From positions 421,065 through 485,064 of the forward strand of contig NMRA01000348.1 of the NCBI GenBank assembly GCA_002633005.1: a DNA stretch of 64,000 nt, in the 5' to 3' direction. This document shows, piece by piece, positions 1-63,115 of this stretch; positions within the stretch are counted from its first letter, which is position 1; each line of letters begins with the position of its first letter. This stretch comes from Phoronis australis. Its lineage: Eukaryota; Animalia; Phoronida. A program made the position numbers and the translations under genes. The notes below the pieces were generated by a model, which was given only the letters and a program-made list of their open reading frames with translations, did not search any database and was not told the origin of the DNA.

Positions 1-917
1 ATACCAGTAAAGTCATCCTATTAAAATTCATCTAAAATGTTAAAAACGCCGCATCGCGTATTAGCGCCGGTCCAGCTCCGGTCTTGAATAAATGGAGAGT
101 AAAACCCTCATTGAAAAATTAGCCCCGCCCTCTAAATGAGCGAGGTCTACACCTGTTTGCAATTCATCGTTTTACTAGATGGTCTAGAGACTACTGTTAC
201 TAAATGTAAGTCGAAATAACTGGTGGAAATTAACTAATTTATGCTGTACATGTACAAGTATTAAAATAATAATTGACTTAAAGCCTATCCTGAACGGGAA
301 CACCTGTAAATTTGGTCCCTACAGTGTCTTGAGAGCATCGCGCTGAGGGCACCAGTGCCATAAATTGCCAAATGTAACGGGCTGTTAGGCGTAATGGCTT
401 GCTTTTGTTAGTGAACTCGCATTTTCTTATTTTACTAAAGATTAGCTAGGACTACTACTGTAACTGATAAGCCCGATACATTTATAATAACAAAATTCTG
501 TTGTAGTAATTGTTGGTTTAAAAAAACGTGAAAAACGTGCAACACGTGTAGAAACCGGACCAGAAATCGTCTGTCTAGTTAAAGTTGTCAAGTGAAACGA
601 AAACTGTTCAAAACACGTTGCAAAAACTTATGAAGCATCCGATGCTCTCCATAACAACTTTCAACAGTAAGTGAGCGCCGTTCTCGCAATATTGGCCTTG
701 TTGAAAGAGCGCCGGTTTGGAATAAGCGTCGGCTGAAAAAAGGCTTCGAAGAAATAAACGTCCGAGAACAATTACGCAAAGCTACGGTATAGCTTTTTCA
801 GTGACTCACAGTTAAAGTCGTAAACAAAGTGAGCGTTCAATATGGAATCTTTGTAAAGTGAATTCTCTTAGTAACTGGAGGCTCACGACGGTGTGCGACA
901 ACATACAAAGTACTCAC

Positions 918-49649
<48,732 letters not shown>

Positions 49650-50287
49650 CTAAAAGACAATAATAATTGATGTCATTATACATGTATCACCACTCTTCTG
49701 CCTATTTACCGTTACCGTTTTTCATCATTTTTCATGTTACTTGTATCACATGTAAGCCCCTAATATTTATAATGTTATCAACTTCTTGTTACTGACCTGT
49801 TCTTAAATTCTTTAGGATAACGCCAGCTTTAAAATATTGGTTTTTAGCCGTTTTTATACTTTCACTGTTGTCATGCCAACCCTACACTGCCGGCAATTCT
49901 ACTTGAGAGGTGAACCGCACGATCATTACATTAATGTTTTCATTTAACACGGTACACAGTTGTCGTTTGTATTGTAACATCGGAAAACGATTGGGTCTGG
50001 AGATTAATGAAAGAAACGTGACCTCAGGCCTCTAAAAACAGGTTTCGTTTGAAATACGGACTAAAGAGGATTTACTTAGATTGGAACGGTATTTAAACCA
50101 AAAAGTCCACCAACAGTCTTGTTGTGAAACTGGAGTTGTTTCCCCTAAGCATGTTGACAAACCACGATCAGAAAGTTGCACACGAGCCAACATCCAGATG
50201 TTAGCTCCAATGAGATGGCTTTTAAACGAAAAATGTCCTCCACATATAGTTCTTGTTTTGGTATTTTTCAAGGAAGCTAGGGCCTGG

Positions 50288-50532
50288 TGTCTGTTCCAAG
50301 GAACTGACTTAAGTTCATTTTAGACTTAAGTTTAAGAATTGTCATAACTTCCAAACTTTGAAATTTAAACATTCAGTGAGTTAGCCAAAATTAATACAAA
50401 TGTTAATCAAACACTTAAGACAAACTTAAGAACTCTTTCTTGAGAGAGTTTTCAGGCAAAGTTAACTTTTATTTTAAAAGTACCAAAATTAAGATTTGTC
50501 TTAGCCAAGTCAGTTTTGTTAGTAACAGGACA
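50288..50532. mobile_element. Possible degenerate MITE (cttaag-rich)
   Basis: Imperfect inverted ends gtctgttc..aactgactt / aagtcagtt..taacaggac and repeated cttaag. Confidence 0.35.
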
Positions 50533-51332
50533 TTTACTACTTAAGCCAACACTGCGTGTATTATTTTACTCATATGGATTACATTTGTCTGCGCGAAAGT
50601 AGTTCACTTCTATCATTTTGCTGGGTAATCAGCCCTTTTCTGTTTTTTAGGCAGTAGCCCTTTCACCTTTTGAATCAATGTAAATGTTACTGACCAACTG
50701 TTGTAAATCAATCAAATGTCGACTCAGATCAATCTCCGAACCGGGAATCTAACCTGGACTAACCATGTACGCCTGCACGGTGGTACTTGCTTAAAAACTG
50801 AGTTAAAAGGGTCTGAATCGAAGATTTTTACACATCACTGTGACTGAGGCCGCTTGGATTTCGACTTATCACACCTAACTACTTTGGAAACAAGTCGGAT
50901 ATAATGTTCCATGGTTTAGAGAATGACGTTATCAGTATGTTGTAATAACTTCAGTGCAGTTTCACTAGTTACACATCACGGAATCTGGCCGTTAATGTTA
51001 GCCAGATGGAACACACCAGTGACAGCAAATGTCTAGACTTGACCAGACGAATACACGTGATGTTGGTCACTTTATTCTTGGGAAAAAATGGAAAATGAAC
51101 AACAGGACAAGGACATGGTCGAAAAAAGTTTATGAATGTAACAAATGAATAACAATCCTATTATTCAGTAGATTAGATAGTGACCACCGGCTCTAGCTGG
51201 CCCTAGTAGAGACAGTGAGTCTTTTCTGGGAGTTTCATAAATTGATAGATTTTCGGTGACTTTTGCCTCACACTGATTAAAACATCCAAGTCATGTTGTT
51301 TAAGTTCCTCTTGCTCACAGAGGGTCACCTTA

Positions 51333-52297
51333 AGGCCCTGTCACACCTTGACGATTTAGCCAGCGTATGCCGACGTATGAAAAATTTGGCAAATACGCTG
51401 GCGTACGTCGAATAAGTTATGGGTAAGTTTTGTATACGTTAACAGCACGCTGAAGCACGTTGGTATACGTCGAAGTACGTCGAGGTCGTCGAAAAATTTT
51501 GTGCATGCTCAAAATTTCTCAACGTATGTCAGCGTATGGCTATACGTCCCGTATACGCAGGCCATAAGTAATAGGTAAGTTATGCGATCGTTGACACACG
51601 TTCAAACACGTTAAGTGTAGGTTACTCATAAGTCCAAATACGTCGAGATAATGTCTAGCGTACCCAAAACTTATGAGTAACGTGCTTTGAACGTATGTAT
51701 AACTTATATCGAACTTATCTCCTACGCATATTGACGTATGTAGACGTATTTAACATGTTCCGGACGACCACAGAACTTACTGAACGTGTTTCTAACGTAC
51801 AGCTGCCGTATAATGGCGTATTGGTAGCGTTTAGGGGAATTGGGATATAAAAATGGGGTTCACAGGAGGAACCCGTCAGTACTCCTCTAGATTTCATGGT
51901 GAGCAGATGTTCATATCATCCGAGAGATGGAGGATCCGGCAAGGCTGAGACGAGAATACCTACCAGCTGTTCTCCTTAGCCTTTTATAGACTACGGCACG
52001 TGATCGTCGGCAATACGCTGCTGCACGCTATGCATAAGTTAGACTATCGTTGGGCATAAGTTGTGTACGCCGGCAACACGCTAGGCATTCGTTGGAATAA
52101 GTTATCTATAAGTTACCGAAACGTTCTATATAATTTACTGATACGTTATGTATACATGTACGTCCAACTCGTTATGAATACGCTATGTATGCGCCCAAAA
52201 TTGAAAAAAAATCGATAATTCAGCGTATGCCAGCGTTTTAGGAAAATTCTGATATGTCGGCATACGCTGGCTAAATCGTCAAGGTGTGACAGGGCCT
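51333..52297. mobile_element. PIF/Harbinger-type MITE, 965 bp
   Basis: Perfect 42-bp TIRs (aggccctgtcacaccttgacgatttagccagcgtatgccgac), flanked on both sides by TTA. Confidence 0.93.
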
Positions 52298-52720
52298 TTA
52301 CGTACTCATTGATGTCTTTAATTTCTTCCAACTCAAACAAATACTCATGTAATATACATTTTTCTTCAATAAGTCCTTTGTTCTGTTGTCCAAATCGTCA
52401 ACGGGCCAGTTTTAAACTGCGCTCCCACCTATTTTTACCGCGCCTGACAGTGTGAGGCATAATTCGCTTTAAATCTTCCGGCGCATGCTACTATCAGTGG
52501 ATGAAAGTTATTATCCATGTCCGAGCAGAGTGATATTGTGTAATTCTGTAACTATACAAGTTCTGCAAAAAGTTAATTATACATATTTCTCATCTGCAGT
52601 ACTAAAATTGATCAGCTTGATTAAAATTTTACAGCCCTAAGTCAACTCACTTGAACAAAGGTAATTCTAGGAGGCAGGTCAGTCATGCTAGTAAAAAATG
52701 AAAGCCTTCAATTGCTATTT

Positions 52721-52958
52721 CAGAGGCGGATCTACAGTGGGGGGGTTCAGGGGGTTTAACCCCCCCTCGGGACAGGATCAAAAATAAAAACTGGAAAAAA
52801 AAATCGCCAGGAAAACGAAATTAGCTACTAAACATCCCAAAAAATCTTACACGGGAGGAGGGAAACCCTCTTGCGACCTTCCTTCTCCTCGGCGCTAGGC
52901 GCCTCGGATTTTCTCGAATCCTAAACCCCCCGTTACTGAAATCGTAGATCTGCCACTG
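52721..52958. mobile_element. Short GC-ended MITE
   Basis: cagaggcggatctac ... gtagatctgccactg inverted ends, with tattt on both flanks. Confidence 0.7.
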
Positions 52959-55346
52959 TATTTACTTATATTTAAATTCAGATGGTGAACTGTAATACTC
53001 CACTGAAAAAGGCAAAGACAAAGACATGCATGCATGTATTATGTGACAAACTGTTATACTCTGACTCTCACTCACACAAAGTTAAAAAATGCTGCACGAA
53101 CGCAGAGGTACAGTGTACTTGGACTTTTTTACATTCAATCCAACAATGATTTGCTGGACACTAGTCCTGTGTTTATGTGCAGCTCATGCATTCAGTTTTG
53201 TACAAAAGTCACACAGCAGAAATCAGCAAGAAAAGATGTCAGCATTCTCATTGCTCAGTCTGAAGATCGACCTCGCTATCCGTTTCTAAGAAGCCAACAG
53301 GAGCAAAGAGATTGTTAAATTTTGAGTCCGAGTTAGTTGACCATGAGTATTCAGTATCTGAGGATTATCAACAATCCAACACTTTCCTGTCAAACGTGTC
53401 TAAAGACTCAAGTGAGCATTTTGATCGAAAACTGTTGTTTAAAATCAGTACATCTTTGAATGATCTTTGCAAGACTTCAGAAAAAGTGTGCTTAGACTTC
53501 CCATGAGGAACCTGGATGACAAGCCGTTTCTTTGGAAAATTGTGAAAGAAATGGAAAATCGTCCACTTGGGCTACCGATTCTGTGTGTCATTCACTTCAT
53601 ATTGCTGTGAGTAAGAATGTCTGACTTCACTGTAGCCATGATCTATGGGATGCATGTAGATGTTTGCCAAAAAAGCCTCAACTCTGTACTGTTCAGAGCC
53701 TATTGTCTGCTGCGAGTATTTGTCATCATGCTGGCAATGGTGTGTGTTTGAACATTTTTCATATGGATCACATTTATAGCTTATAATTGTTTTTAACATA
53801 TATTTTTATGAAAGGTGACATAGTTGATCATAGCAATTATATCGGTGATATATTACATCAAGTAGTCACCAGATTGAGACAACCTCCTAAATTCAGAACA
53901 CAGAAATTATGGCTGAAATTTAATTTTTTCATCCTGAAATTTGAGGAGTGAGTGATTTGTAAATTTTCGTATTTCTCTAGCTCTTAACGCTATGTTGTAG
54001 CTTACAGGTTGCAAGAATACTCCTGTAAGTTCTTAAAAATGGCTCTCATGACAAACGTTTAATAAATTGTTACCATTCCCCTTGAATTTCTTACAGACAA
54101 TTGTGTGAAATTCTAGAAATTTGGACAACTTTGATCAAAATAATTATTCACTGTCCCAAACTAGAGAATTTTTGCGAAATGAATTTTTGAAATTCATTGT
54201 GTAGTTAACTGTAAAACTGATGGATGGCTGTTCTTATTTATAAGAGGATCTGCTTTAAGGAAAAAGATTGTAGAGCTGATGACAATTTATTGTTTAGTTT
54301 TTGATCTTTAGTGATGGTGTGGTAGTTAACACCAGCTGTAAAAATGTCAGTGACGAAAGGTAGAAATCATAAGTGACAATCATGTCAATAGTCCATTTCC
54401 GGTAATAACTCCGAAGCAAATAGTAGTGGCAGTACCCATGTGGTTAAAGAGTCATGACATAATAGCCACTGAATAATATTAGTGCTTAATATGCTTAGAG
54501 GGGTTTTGAACAAACAATAATATTTTTATTGCTTAGATTGATATATATACCAAGGGAACTTGTGCCATGTGATAAAATGTTATTGTTTACATGTGTTTTG
54601 GAAAAAAATAAATGGTTTAACGAGGTAATGAAACGTTACAATTGTGTCTTTAGCATACATGTATAACGTCAATGTTTAATACAGGATTAATTTTGCATAA
54701 ACATTTAGCATGTTATATATTTTCGATTCCCTATATATAGTTAAGGTTAAGAATGGATGCCTACATGATATTTTCTGCACATTTGTTGCTCTGATAACAC
54801 TATCAATGATGGTGTTACTCTATCAAAAATAACAAATTAAAGGGCATTTTTACAGTAAAACCACGCATGAAAATCTTATTTTAATTATGTGGATTTCCGA
54901 CAATTTTTGTACTTCACGATGACCTAAAAGGCCTGCTGTGTTCCTTGTTAATTTCAGTAATTTCAGGCCGTTGTGTCTCTTGGGAGGCATTTTTATTTAG
55001 TGCATCTGCATTGAATAAATTTATGTTTTTGATTATTTTTAGCAGCTTTTCCAGATTTCCGTAAAACTTCCAGGCTCAGATTTGGAAATTATGGGTATTA
55101 GAAAAGGCATAAAAATTTGTGCTGTGAAACCGGTTGTGATACGAATAGATGTTAATTAAAGTATTTTTATCTGCATTAAACTCACCATTCGAATACAATG
55201 TGTCCTTCGTTGATTACCACAATTGCCACGTTGGAAGCTAATTCCTAATTTGTAAGCCTTTCACACCATCACTTGTTGATGCCAGAGCCTCAGGGTTAGC
55301 ATACACTACTTGATAATTTCCTTTAATTACATCTCTAATTGGAACA

Positions 55347-55648
55347 CAGAGGCGGGTTTAGGGGGGAGGGGGGCAGGGGCTCCTGCAAGCAAAATGAAAC
55401 AGCAACAGCGCGGCGCGTGAGGAAATAAAATTAGGACCGGTACTGGAGAAGGGGGGGGGAACTCAGACCCCAAATCGTGGCGGGCTCTCGTTCCCGTTTT
55501 TTTTATTTTTCTGTTTTTCTTGTCGATAGATTTCCAGAACAGAAGGTTCATACTCCGGGCGCCCGCAACTTTCGGGACGCCTGTACACATACAACCGCGC
55601 TCTGGCCAATTCCCCGAAGCAACATGTCTGGTCCCTGATCCGCCACTG
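55347..55648. mobile_element. Short GC-ended MITE, ends related to 52721-52958
   Basis: cagaggcggg ... tccgccactg inverted ends. No clear TSD. Confidence 0.5.
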
Positions 55649-57215
55649 GGATAGTACTACAAAACGTCACCACTATTTTCTTCATCGTCAGTATCATCAT
55701 CACTAATGTCTCGCAAAAATCGTTACTGTTCTGGTATTGCAATTAGTGCACGGCAAAAATCCACTTAAGTTTGGTTAACAACAGGGCTAATAACTTAAGA
55801 AAAAAAACTGTAGTTCAGAGTAGGAACGTCAATAGCGCAATTAGTTGATCTGTCAACTGTGCTTCTTCTGCTAGTTTTATTTTAATCGCACAATGAACCT
55901 TTTACGTTAACCATTTAAATGATGTTTTTCGTTCTAAAATTGCTTCAATTAATATTACAGGTAATCCAATATGGCCCGCATTCGTCGCGACTCTACTCAG
56001 AGATTCCAATGACAGGGAATTCCCCGAAAATGCATGACAAGGGAGTTACTTCTTTCTTTTGATACATGTACATAAACGAGTCGACAAATACGGATTTTCT
56101 AAACCACAAGGATTACAATTACCATTTTTAAGAACTTAGTCCTAAGTGCTACAAAACTCATTCAAATTACAACAATGACGAAACGTTTTTCTGCGGTTTA
56201 TATGGCGCGGATACGAACCGATATGAACTCGCAAGATCCAGCCTCGTCACCCTTTTTTCGCGGTATTTTGTAAATGTGATGTGCCTTATGTGAAAGACTA
56301 GTCGCCATCCGACTAGAGCGACGTCGTTCGTGAAATGAGTAACAGGAGACTTTTCATATTGGCACCCTCCAGGGAAATGAGAGCACGGAAGTGAGTTGCG
56401 GTTGACCCCAACTCGGATTTCTTGGAAAGACCTACTATTTGATTTGAAACCAAAGGAATAAAATCCACTGCCAGTCTCTCTTATTGTTTGATGAGTTTAG
56501 GTTCACCGATTTATTTTAACATGTTGAGACCGACATTGATCGAAAATCACATTGTCTCGCTTTATCAGCCACAGACACTGACGTTGTCAGTGGATCTTTC
56601 TCCCAAGCGTCTGAAGGGAACATGATGCCCTTGTGCACCCATCGATATTTCGAATGCTTTGCCTTTTTGTCCTACGGTAGTGTCACATCCCACCGCAGAG
56701 GGATATTATAATTGCAGGAAAGGTGTCCAAAAGTTAATTACACGAATAATTTGGAAACTCCCATCTGCATTCCATGGGATCTGTAAGGGCAATGTACGTG
56801 ATGCTGAATGACTGTCCACCAGAGCCGTGATCGCCACCAGGCAGGTTAATAAATTTTAATATGGCGCAGCTAAATTGCCTCGGACGTCAGCTATTGCAGA
56901 GAGACAAGTTAAAACCCTGTAGTTTAGATTTCACTCCCGTTGGAAACATTATTGGGAATATTTGGAAGTCAGTTGTAGAGTATTATGCATTTTCAAGTTT
57001 CCGATGTCTGGTGGCATGATGTTACCAAAAATACATCGCATTTACAAATAAAACAGTAGCTTTGACAGATGCCAAGCGAAATATTTTGGGTAGGGCACAT
57101 TTCGTTGCGTCGGCATCATTTTTGAAACTATTCCAACCGCTAATTAATTACCATAGTAACGTCTTGCAATGTGGTCGAGCATTTCTTAACGTGTTGATTT
57201 TGGAATAGACGGTTG

Positions 57216-57421
57216 CATGCGCGCACCCAGCCTTCAATATGGGGGTCTCGAATTCCCGACGTTGTGGACCTTTTGCTAAGAAAAGAGCGGGCGGACTAAA
57301 AAAATAAAAAACGAGAGCACCACTGTGAATTGCGCGTTTGCGCTTCTTTAATGGACTTTTGTTCCATCTTCTCGGACATTTTTGCCACTTCACCCCCCCC
57401 CCTCCGTTGGGTGCACGCATG
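57216..57421. mobile_element. Short MITE
   Basis: catgcgcgcaccca ... tgggtgcacgcatg inverted ends. A related inverted fragment lies at about 57818-57851. Confidence 0.55.
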
Positions 57422-59879
57422 CTTTGGCGGTGCTGAAGTGCAGTGAGAAGGTGCAGGCGGAGCTGGATCTACCATCAGATGGACAGTCGTAGTGCTATTT
57501 ATACTGCTCTAGCTTTGCAATTTTTACTATATGTATTATGGGAATGTTCGATTATCGAGCCGGCGAGTGATGTTGCGTAGATTTTGACCTTCTTTTTTAA
57601 ATTCCCATGCCCGAGTATACATGTACATGTAGAGGGCTGTTTTAGCGCAATACGGGAAACAATATCACATGGCCGTACATGTATTCCACCTATCATACTC
57701 ATGAAGCATGGGATAAATTATCATAAAGACCCCACATGTGTATCCGCTTCATTTCAGTCAAAAACTTCATACGACGGATTTGAGTTAAGGCGTTAATCGA
57801 AATGCATGTCGTTTTGTCAGCCCCCAATTTTCAAGGCTGGGTGCGCGGATGATATCGTATCCTCGGGCGCACTCACACCAGCCGCTTACCGACACTGGTT
57901 TGCCGTTTCCCCATCACGGTGTGGGGACCTGTACTACATGTACGTGTTTGGACTGGTCATGAGGGGTTCGGCGTCGTCATGAGCAAAAACTGTTAAAAAC
58001 CCCCGATGTCATGATGTACGGTGCTTTATGACATCGTTTGCTTCGTTATACGTGACTTTTTGCAAAGAAACTTTTGGCATACACTCAGTGAAAGAGTAGT
58101 CACTGAATATGAGCTTAATTACTTTAACATGGTTGCTATAGTGACTATGCTGAAGAGATCTCACCAATCGTGATGATAAACTTTGGGTGTCAATTTTTAA
58201 TTTTGTTTTATTTGGCTAAATGTTTGTATTTGTGTACCACCATATAACCATAGACAGCGCGCATAACAGGGGTAAGTGATAATTGCAATCTGCAGTTTAA
58301 TTCATGTACATGTAGCATTTTATGACGTCTACACTCAAAATATGTGTACGGACTTGTCATGAGCAACTGTACGGTTTCACATTGAGCCGGTAGTGTTTTC
58401 AACTTATTGTTGTCGTCTAATTATGCATCAGTACCTACAAAAAGTAATTCATTCCTATGCACATAAACCAGTATCTTGATAAAAAATGTCAAATGTCTCC
58501 GCAATCCTATTCCCAACCAAACACTTGCTGCCCGACTTACTGCACTGACTATATCTCCCAGAAATGAATGAGATTTGTTGGTTTTTGCGACGTAAACCGC
58601 TTTGTACGTGAATTCCCCAGGACTTAACTTCAAAGATTAGTCGACTGTTGGAACGACTTTTAACTGGAGAAAATATCTAAAATTCGCATACAACAGACCG
58701 CAAGATTTGTCGCGAGAATGACTCATTACACCGATTTCGACATTTGGCATGTAGAAACGCCCAACTTCTTGAATTTCTCCAATTTCTGTTCACGTCCCTT
58801 CATAATGGACTACCATTTTTCAATCTCAGTGACAAAATGACAGATATTTTGTGTATATTATTTTAACTCCAAGCGCTGATGAATTGATTTGTAAAAGTAT
58901 TTGCCCCTAATCGACTACAGTTGTAACAAATCTCTCAGTTCATCTATATTTCCTGTTTAATGTTTTTGGTGTCTGTTTATCAAATTTCGATAACTTTCGT
59001 AGCCGAAAAAGTCAATGTCTCCACCACTGAGACTTGCCCAGATTTGATGTAGGCAGTTTCTTAACGTATCGTACGACAAGGGTTTTTTTCGATTCTAATG
59101 GCTCTCCGCCAGTTTTCATTCCGATATGAACGCTCGAACGCTCACATGAACTTCAATCAAGTATCCTATGCGCCAAAACTTTACAATGTCGTTCGAATAT
59201 CTCATTGTTACGGTTTTGGAGAGGGTAACAATTCTGCCACATCTAAATACAGTAAGAACGCTATATTATATAAGGAGAACCTGCCAACTGCGGCCATCTT
59301 ATCAAACTTCAGGTGTTGGACTTCACACAATTCTTTTCAGAGCATCGATCACGCATGATGTTACATCTTTTATTGCACTGTATTTCGTGCTAAATCTGTC
59401 TCTACAGACCACTTGCACTCTTTTCGCTCGGTGTATTCTTCGCCTTTACCTTCTCGTTCTACTTTTTCACTCTTGTGATCAAGCTCTTTCTATCGTATCG
59501 ACAAATACATGTACTGCTTGAGCTGCTTTCGCAGCCCGCCTATAAAACAGTGTCTGGAGTACACCAACATAATTTACATTTAGTATTCCAAACTGCTGTG
59601 TTCATGCAATGTTAGATACCTAATCCTATGTACTTGATCGCCGTGATCTGCATTGCCGTGGACAATTACTTCGGCAAAGTTATCAGAACAAACTCAGAAG
59701 TAACAGCTCTTGAAGTTGGTAGACAATGGCCTCACACTTCTTATCTGTATTCTCACGTTAATACACCATTTGCAAATTCATAGATTAAAGGCAATCTTTC
59801 TTAATCACCTATCCGACTATATTCCATGAATTTGGTAATAATGAAAATAAACGGCCTTACCTAAATCTTAACCAGCTCA

Positions 59880-61800
59880 CTGACGAGTTCGTACAGTTTT
59901 TAAAAATCTGCTCATAACGAGTCCGTGCAGATGGCTCAATCCCAAAAAATAAATAACTTTTTGAAGAAGAGTGTTTGGAACTTGATAAAGATTTCACTGA
60001 ACTCGAGATTTTCGAGGCTCTCCTAGGAAAAAAATCTAACAAATCACCGGATAATGACAGAATTTCATGTGAGTTTTACAAAACATTTTGAGGGGTAATT
60101 AAATATGAATTGAGAATTTTAATTTTAGCTTCCAGAAGGGCGAATTGTCTACGTCACAGAGAAAAATTGTCCCCAGTCTTATACCCAAAAGCAAAATAAG
60201 TGATTAACCTTTGTTGTTAGATAACTGGAGGCCAATCTAAGTCTTAAATTGTGACTACAAATTGATCACAAAAACATTACAAATAGAATTTATAAGTACT
60301 TAGACAAATTGATTCACCCTGATCAGACGCCATTACCTAAAAGGTATATTGAATTTTGAAAAAACATTATATTAGTTAAAGATTTGATGGAATATTACAA
60401 ACAAATTAAACTAGATGGCCAAATTACATTCCGGGATTTCAAGAAGGCATACGACACCTTAAATTTGGATTACATGTTCAAAACTTTAAACGCCTTCAAT
60501 TTTGGACAAGGGGTTTTAGTAAAATAAAAATTTTGTGTACTAAAATCTCATCCTGTGTGTTAAGTAAGGAATTCACCACTCGGTATTTGGACATTGAAAG
60601 AGGCTTACAACCGGGTGATCCGCTGTCAAGTCCACTTTTTGTGGTGTGAGCAGAACTTATGTCACATATTATTACAAAAAATAATTACATTCATAGTTTA
60701 AAAAATTATAATAATGAAATCAAAATAACCCAGTACGTAAACGATACCATTTTGTTCATTCGAGACGAGAACTCCGGAAAAGAATGTTTTAAATTTTGAA
60801 AATTATTTGGAGACATTTCTGGCTTGCATTTAAATCCTGAAAAGTGCGATTATTTATATATTTCTGCCCCAGGTGATGCCCATTGTCTTCAAAAATGTAC
60901 AATATCTCTTGGCCACGAAAACCTATAACAGGTCTAGGAATTTACTTCGGACAAAATGACACAGAAGTTGAACAGCTAAATTATGGCAATAAAGTTTAGA
61001 AATTATAATGAAAACTAGGCATTTGACGACCATGGGGGCGATTCATATTGTAAAAACTTAAGGTTTGTCTAAGTTGGTTCACGTTTTAGTCAATATCGAA
61101 GTTACAAATAATAGGATTATAGAAATAGATTAAATAATTACAAATTTCATTTTGGGTGGAAAGCCACAAAGAATAAAGGAATCTATCACTGTACTTTCAT
61201 ATGAAGAAAGACGATTAAAATATCCTAGTGTGCAAGTAATTAAAAATAGCCTCATGTTCAATTGGGTCAAACGTTTAAATTCAGTAGGAAATGGAAGTTG
61301 GAAATTTTATCCCAAGTCTCTTTTAAATAAACAGGGTTGTGGCGTTATTTTCTTCTCAAACTTCCGTCTAAGAAATTTGAAAATGTCAATTAACAATTCC
61401 TTTTATACTAAAGAGCTGAAAAGCTTAAAGCCTTTGCATATAGAAGTTTTTACGAATATTCCTGTTAACAAACAAATATTGCGGAATAATCAACACACTT
61501 TACTTAACAATAAGATCCGTATTTTGTCGGGAAATGATTGAAGCGGGACTGTTATTTTGAAAAGATTTTCTAGATAATGGAAATAAAATTCTTAGTTGGG
61601 ATTTGATGAAAAATAAATACAATCTCAAGAATTTTTATATATTTCAATACAATGTTGTTGTTAGTGCATTGAGGGAGAATCTTGGAGAACACAATGGAAG
61701 CAATATCTATTGGTTCTAACAACTTTCATTTCATTAATTATAGCAATTGTAGTAAAGATTGGTTTAAAACTTGTACTATACATACTTTTGCACAATAACA
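59880..61800 (+). mobile_element. L1/Tx1-clade LINE ORF2 (reverse transcriptase), degenerate
   Basis: NKSPDND...EFYK, NWRPI..LNCDYK, IHPDQT, DFKKAYD, RGLQPGDPLS..LF, QYVNDT, SGLHLNPEKC motifs, with many stops. Confidence 0.92.
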
Positions 61801-61992
61801 AGACACTTATCTGCAGTTAAGAAATTATTACCCGTTAGCCTCCCCATCAATCCTGATTTGAAAAACTTCAGGTATCCCTTTACCCATAGATGAATGTTTA
61901 CTGATATCACTTTATACAACCTAGGGGTGGTTCGTACTGATAATGCCCCTATTGTGATGAGTTACAGACTCTATGTCATATGTTTTACAGAA

Positions 61993-62784
61993 TTATACCA
62001 CAATATTAGCCTCGAATGCCAAATACAACCGTAAAGTTATCTCAAAAGTGAGATAACATTTGGCGGGAAACCGAGGCCGGATTCGAACCCGGGCCTCAAA
62101 ATTTGCGAGTCGCCGACTTTACCACAGCGGCTGAAGTCATCGAACGTGAAAATAGAACACTTAAATGAGCACGCGCAACAATCGCATGTTCAGCAAAGGG
62201 CACTCCACCGAAAAGTATACGCTGTGAAAAATAAGACGCAAAATTTCCATAAAAACGATATTTTAATTCAGTCAAAATTTTCTCTCGTGTTCTCTCACCT
62301 GTAAATCACCGATCTCCAATTTGAATGCAGGTGTCGTGTGGTCGGGATCCTTTGACTTGAGCATCATAGTCAGATACTAGTGGCAACCTACTTAAGCAGA
62401 CGATATATTCCCGGTCGAAGCTTAGCGTGATAAAATGTGTAGTAAGCTATAACAGTTGCTAAACCTTAATTTATAGATTCACTTTATTTCAGTTTTGTTT
62501 TATTTTTCAATTGGTTTCGAGTAAAAACATAATTTTACAAAAATATATCGGATTTTCTTTAAAGGTCACGACCTCTGACCCCAGGCCTCTGACATAGAAA
62601 GTAGTTACAAAGCCGAGGCGAGTCGAGAAAGGTAGATCTATTCATTGCAATGTTTCTCGTTCAGTATGTGGTATAAATAGATTATTACATGTTCTCAGTC
62701 GTTATCCCCCTTATCTAGAGCCCGAGTGGATTTTGGAGCATTATCGCCCTAGGGGCGTTAGCCCCGGGGGGCGTTAGCCCCGAG
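61993..62784 (-). mobile_element. Repeat family A copy, inverted, palindrome truncated at its centre
   Basis: Reverse complement of 27115-27921. Ends at a duplicated ggggcgttagcccc. Confidence 0.88.
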
Positions 62785-63115
62785 TCAGGACTTTCTGGAA
62801 TTCAGTGCAAACACTCTTACATAAAGCCCTAAATATCCAAAACACGTTTACGATGTGGGGCATATTAAATTTTGTTCAAAACCCTTATAGAAACCACAAA
62901 TTATTTTGCAATACCCTTGATACATTTGCTCTTTTCTTCATTTATCAGTCATCAAAGATAGAAAAGTCTCTCCTTTTCAACGATTGAAATTACAATTTTG
63001 TTTAAACACAAATTTTATATGTACCTCAGACGCAAATGTGGAACCATGGAGAGGTCTGCCCGCATGCTTTTAATTAGTATTCTAGAAATGATCAAAGTTG
63101 TACTGCTTCCCTTTT

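Noticed and set aside
1-31. Possible next exon after the SEA-like exon (ttttag|ATGAATTTT...)
   Set aside because: Only ten codons are visible at the window edge and there is no diagnostic motif.
53200-53760. Possible Harbinger transposase remnant on the plus strand
   Set aside because: Only vague motif echoes across several frameshifts; cannot be supported without an alignment.
58421-58633. ORF that could supply the missing upstream NIDO exon (ends NELLF|gtaggt in phase 0)
   Set aside because: It lacks the expected GD...DD and FPFF/G motifs and a clear acceptor, so it is probably coincidental.
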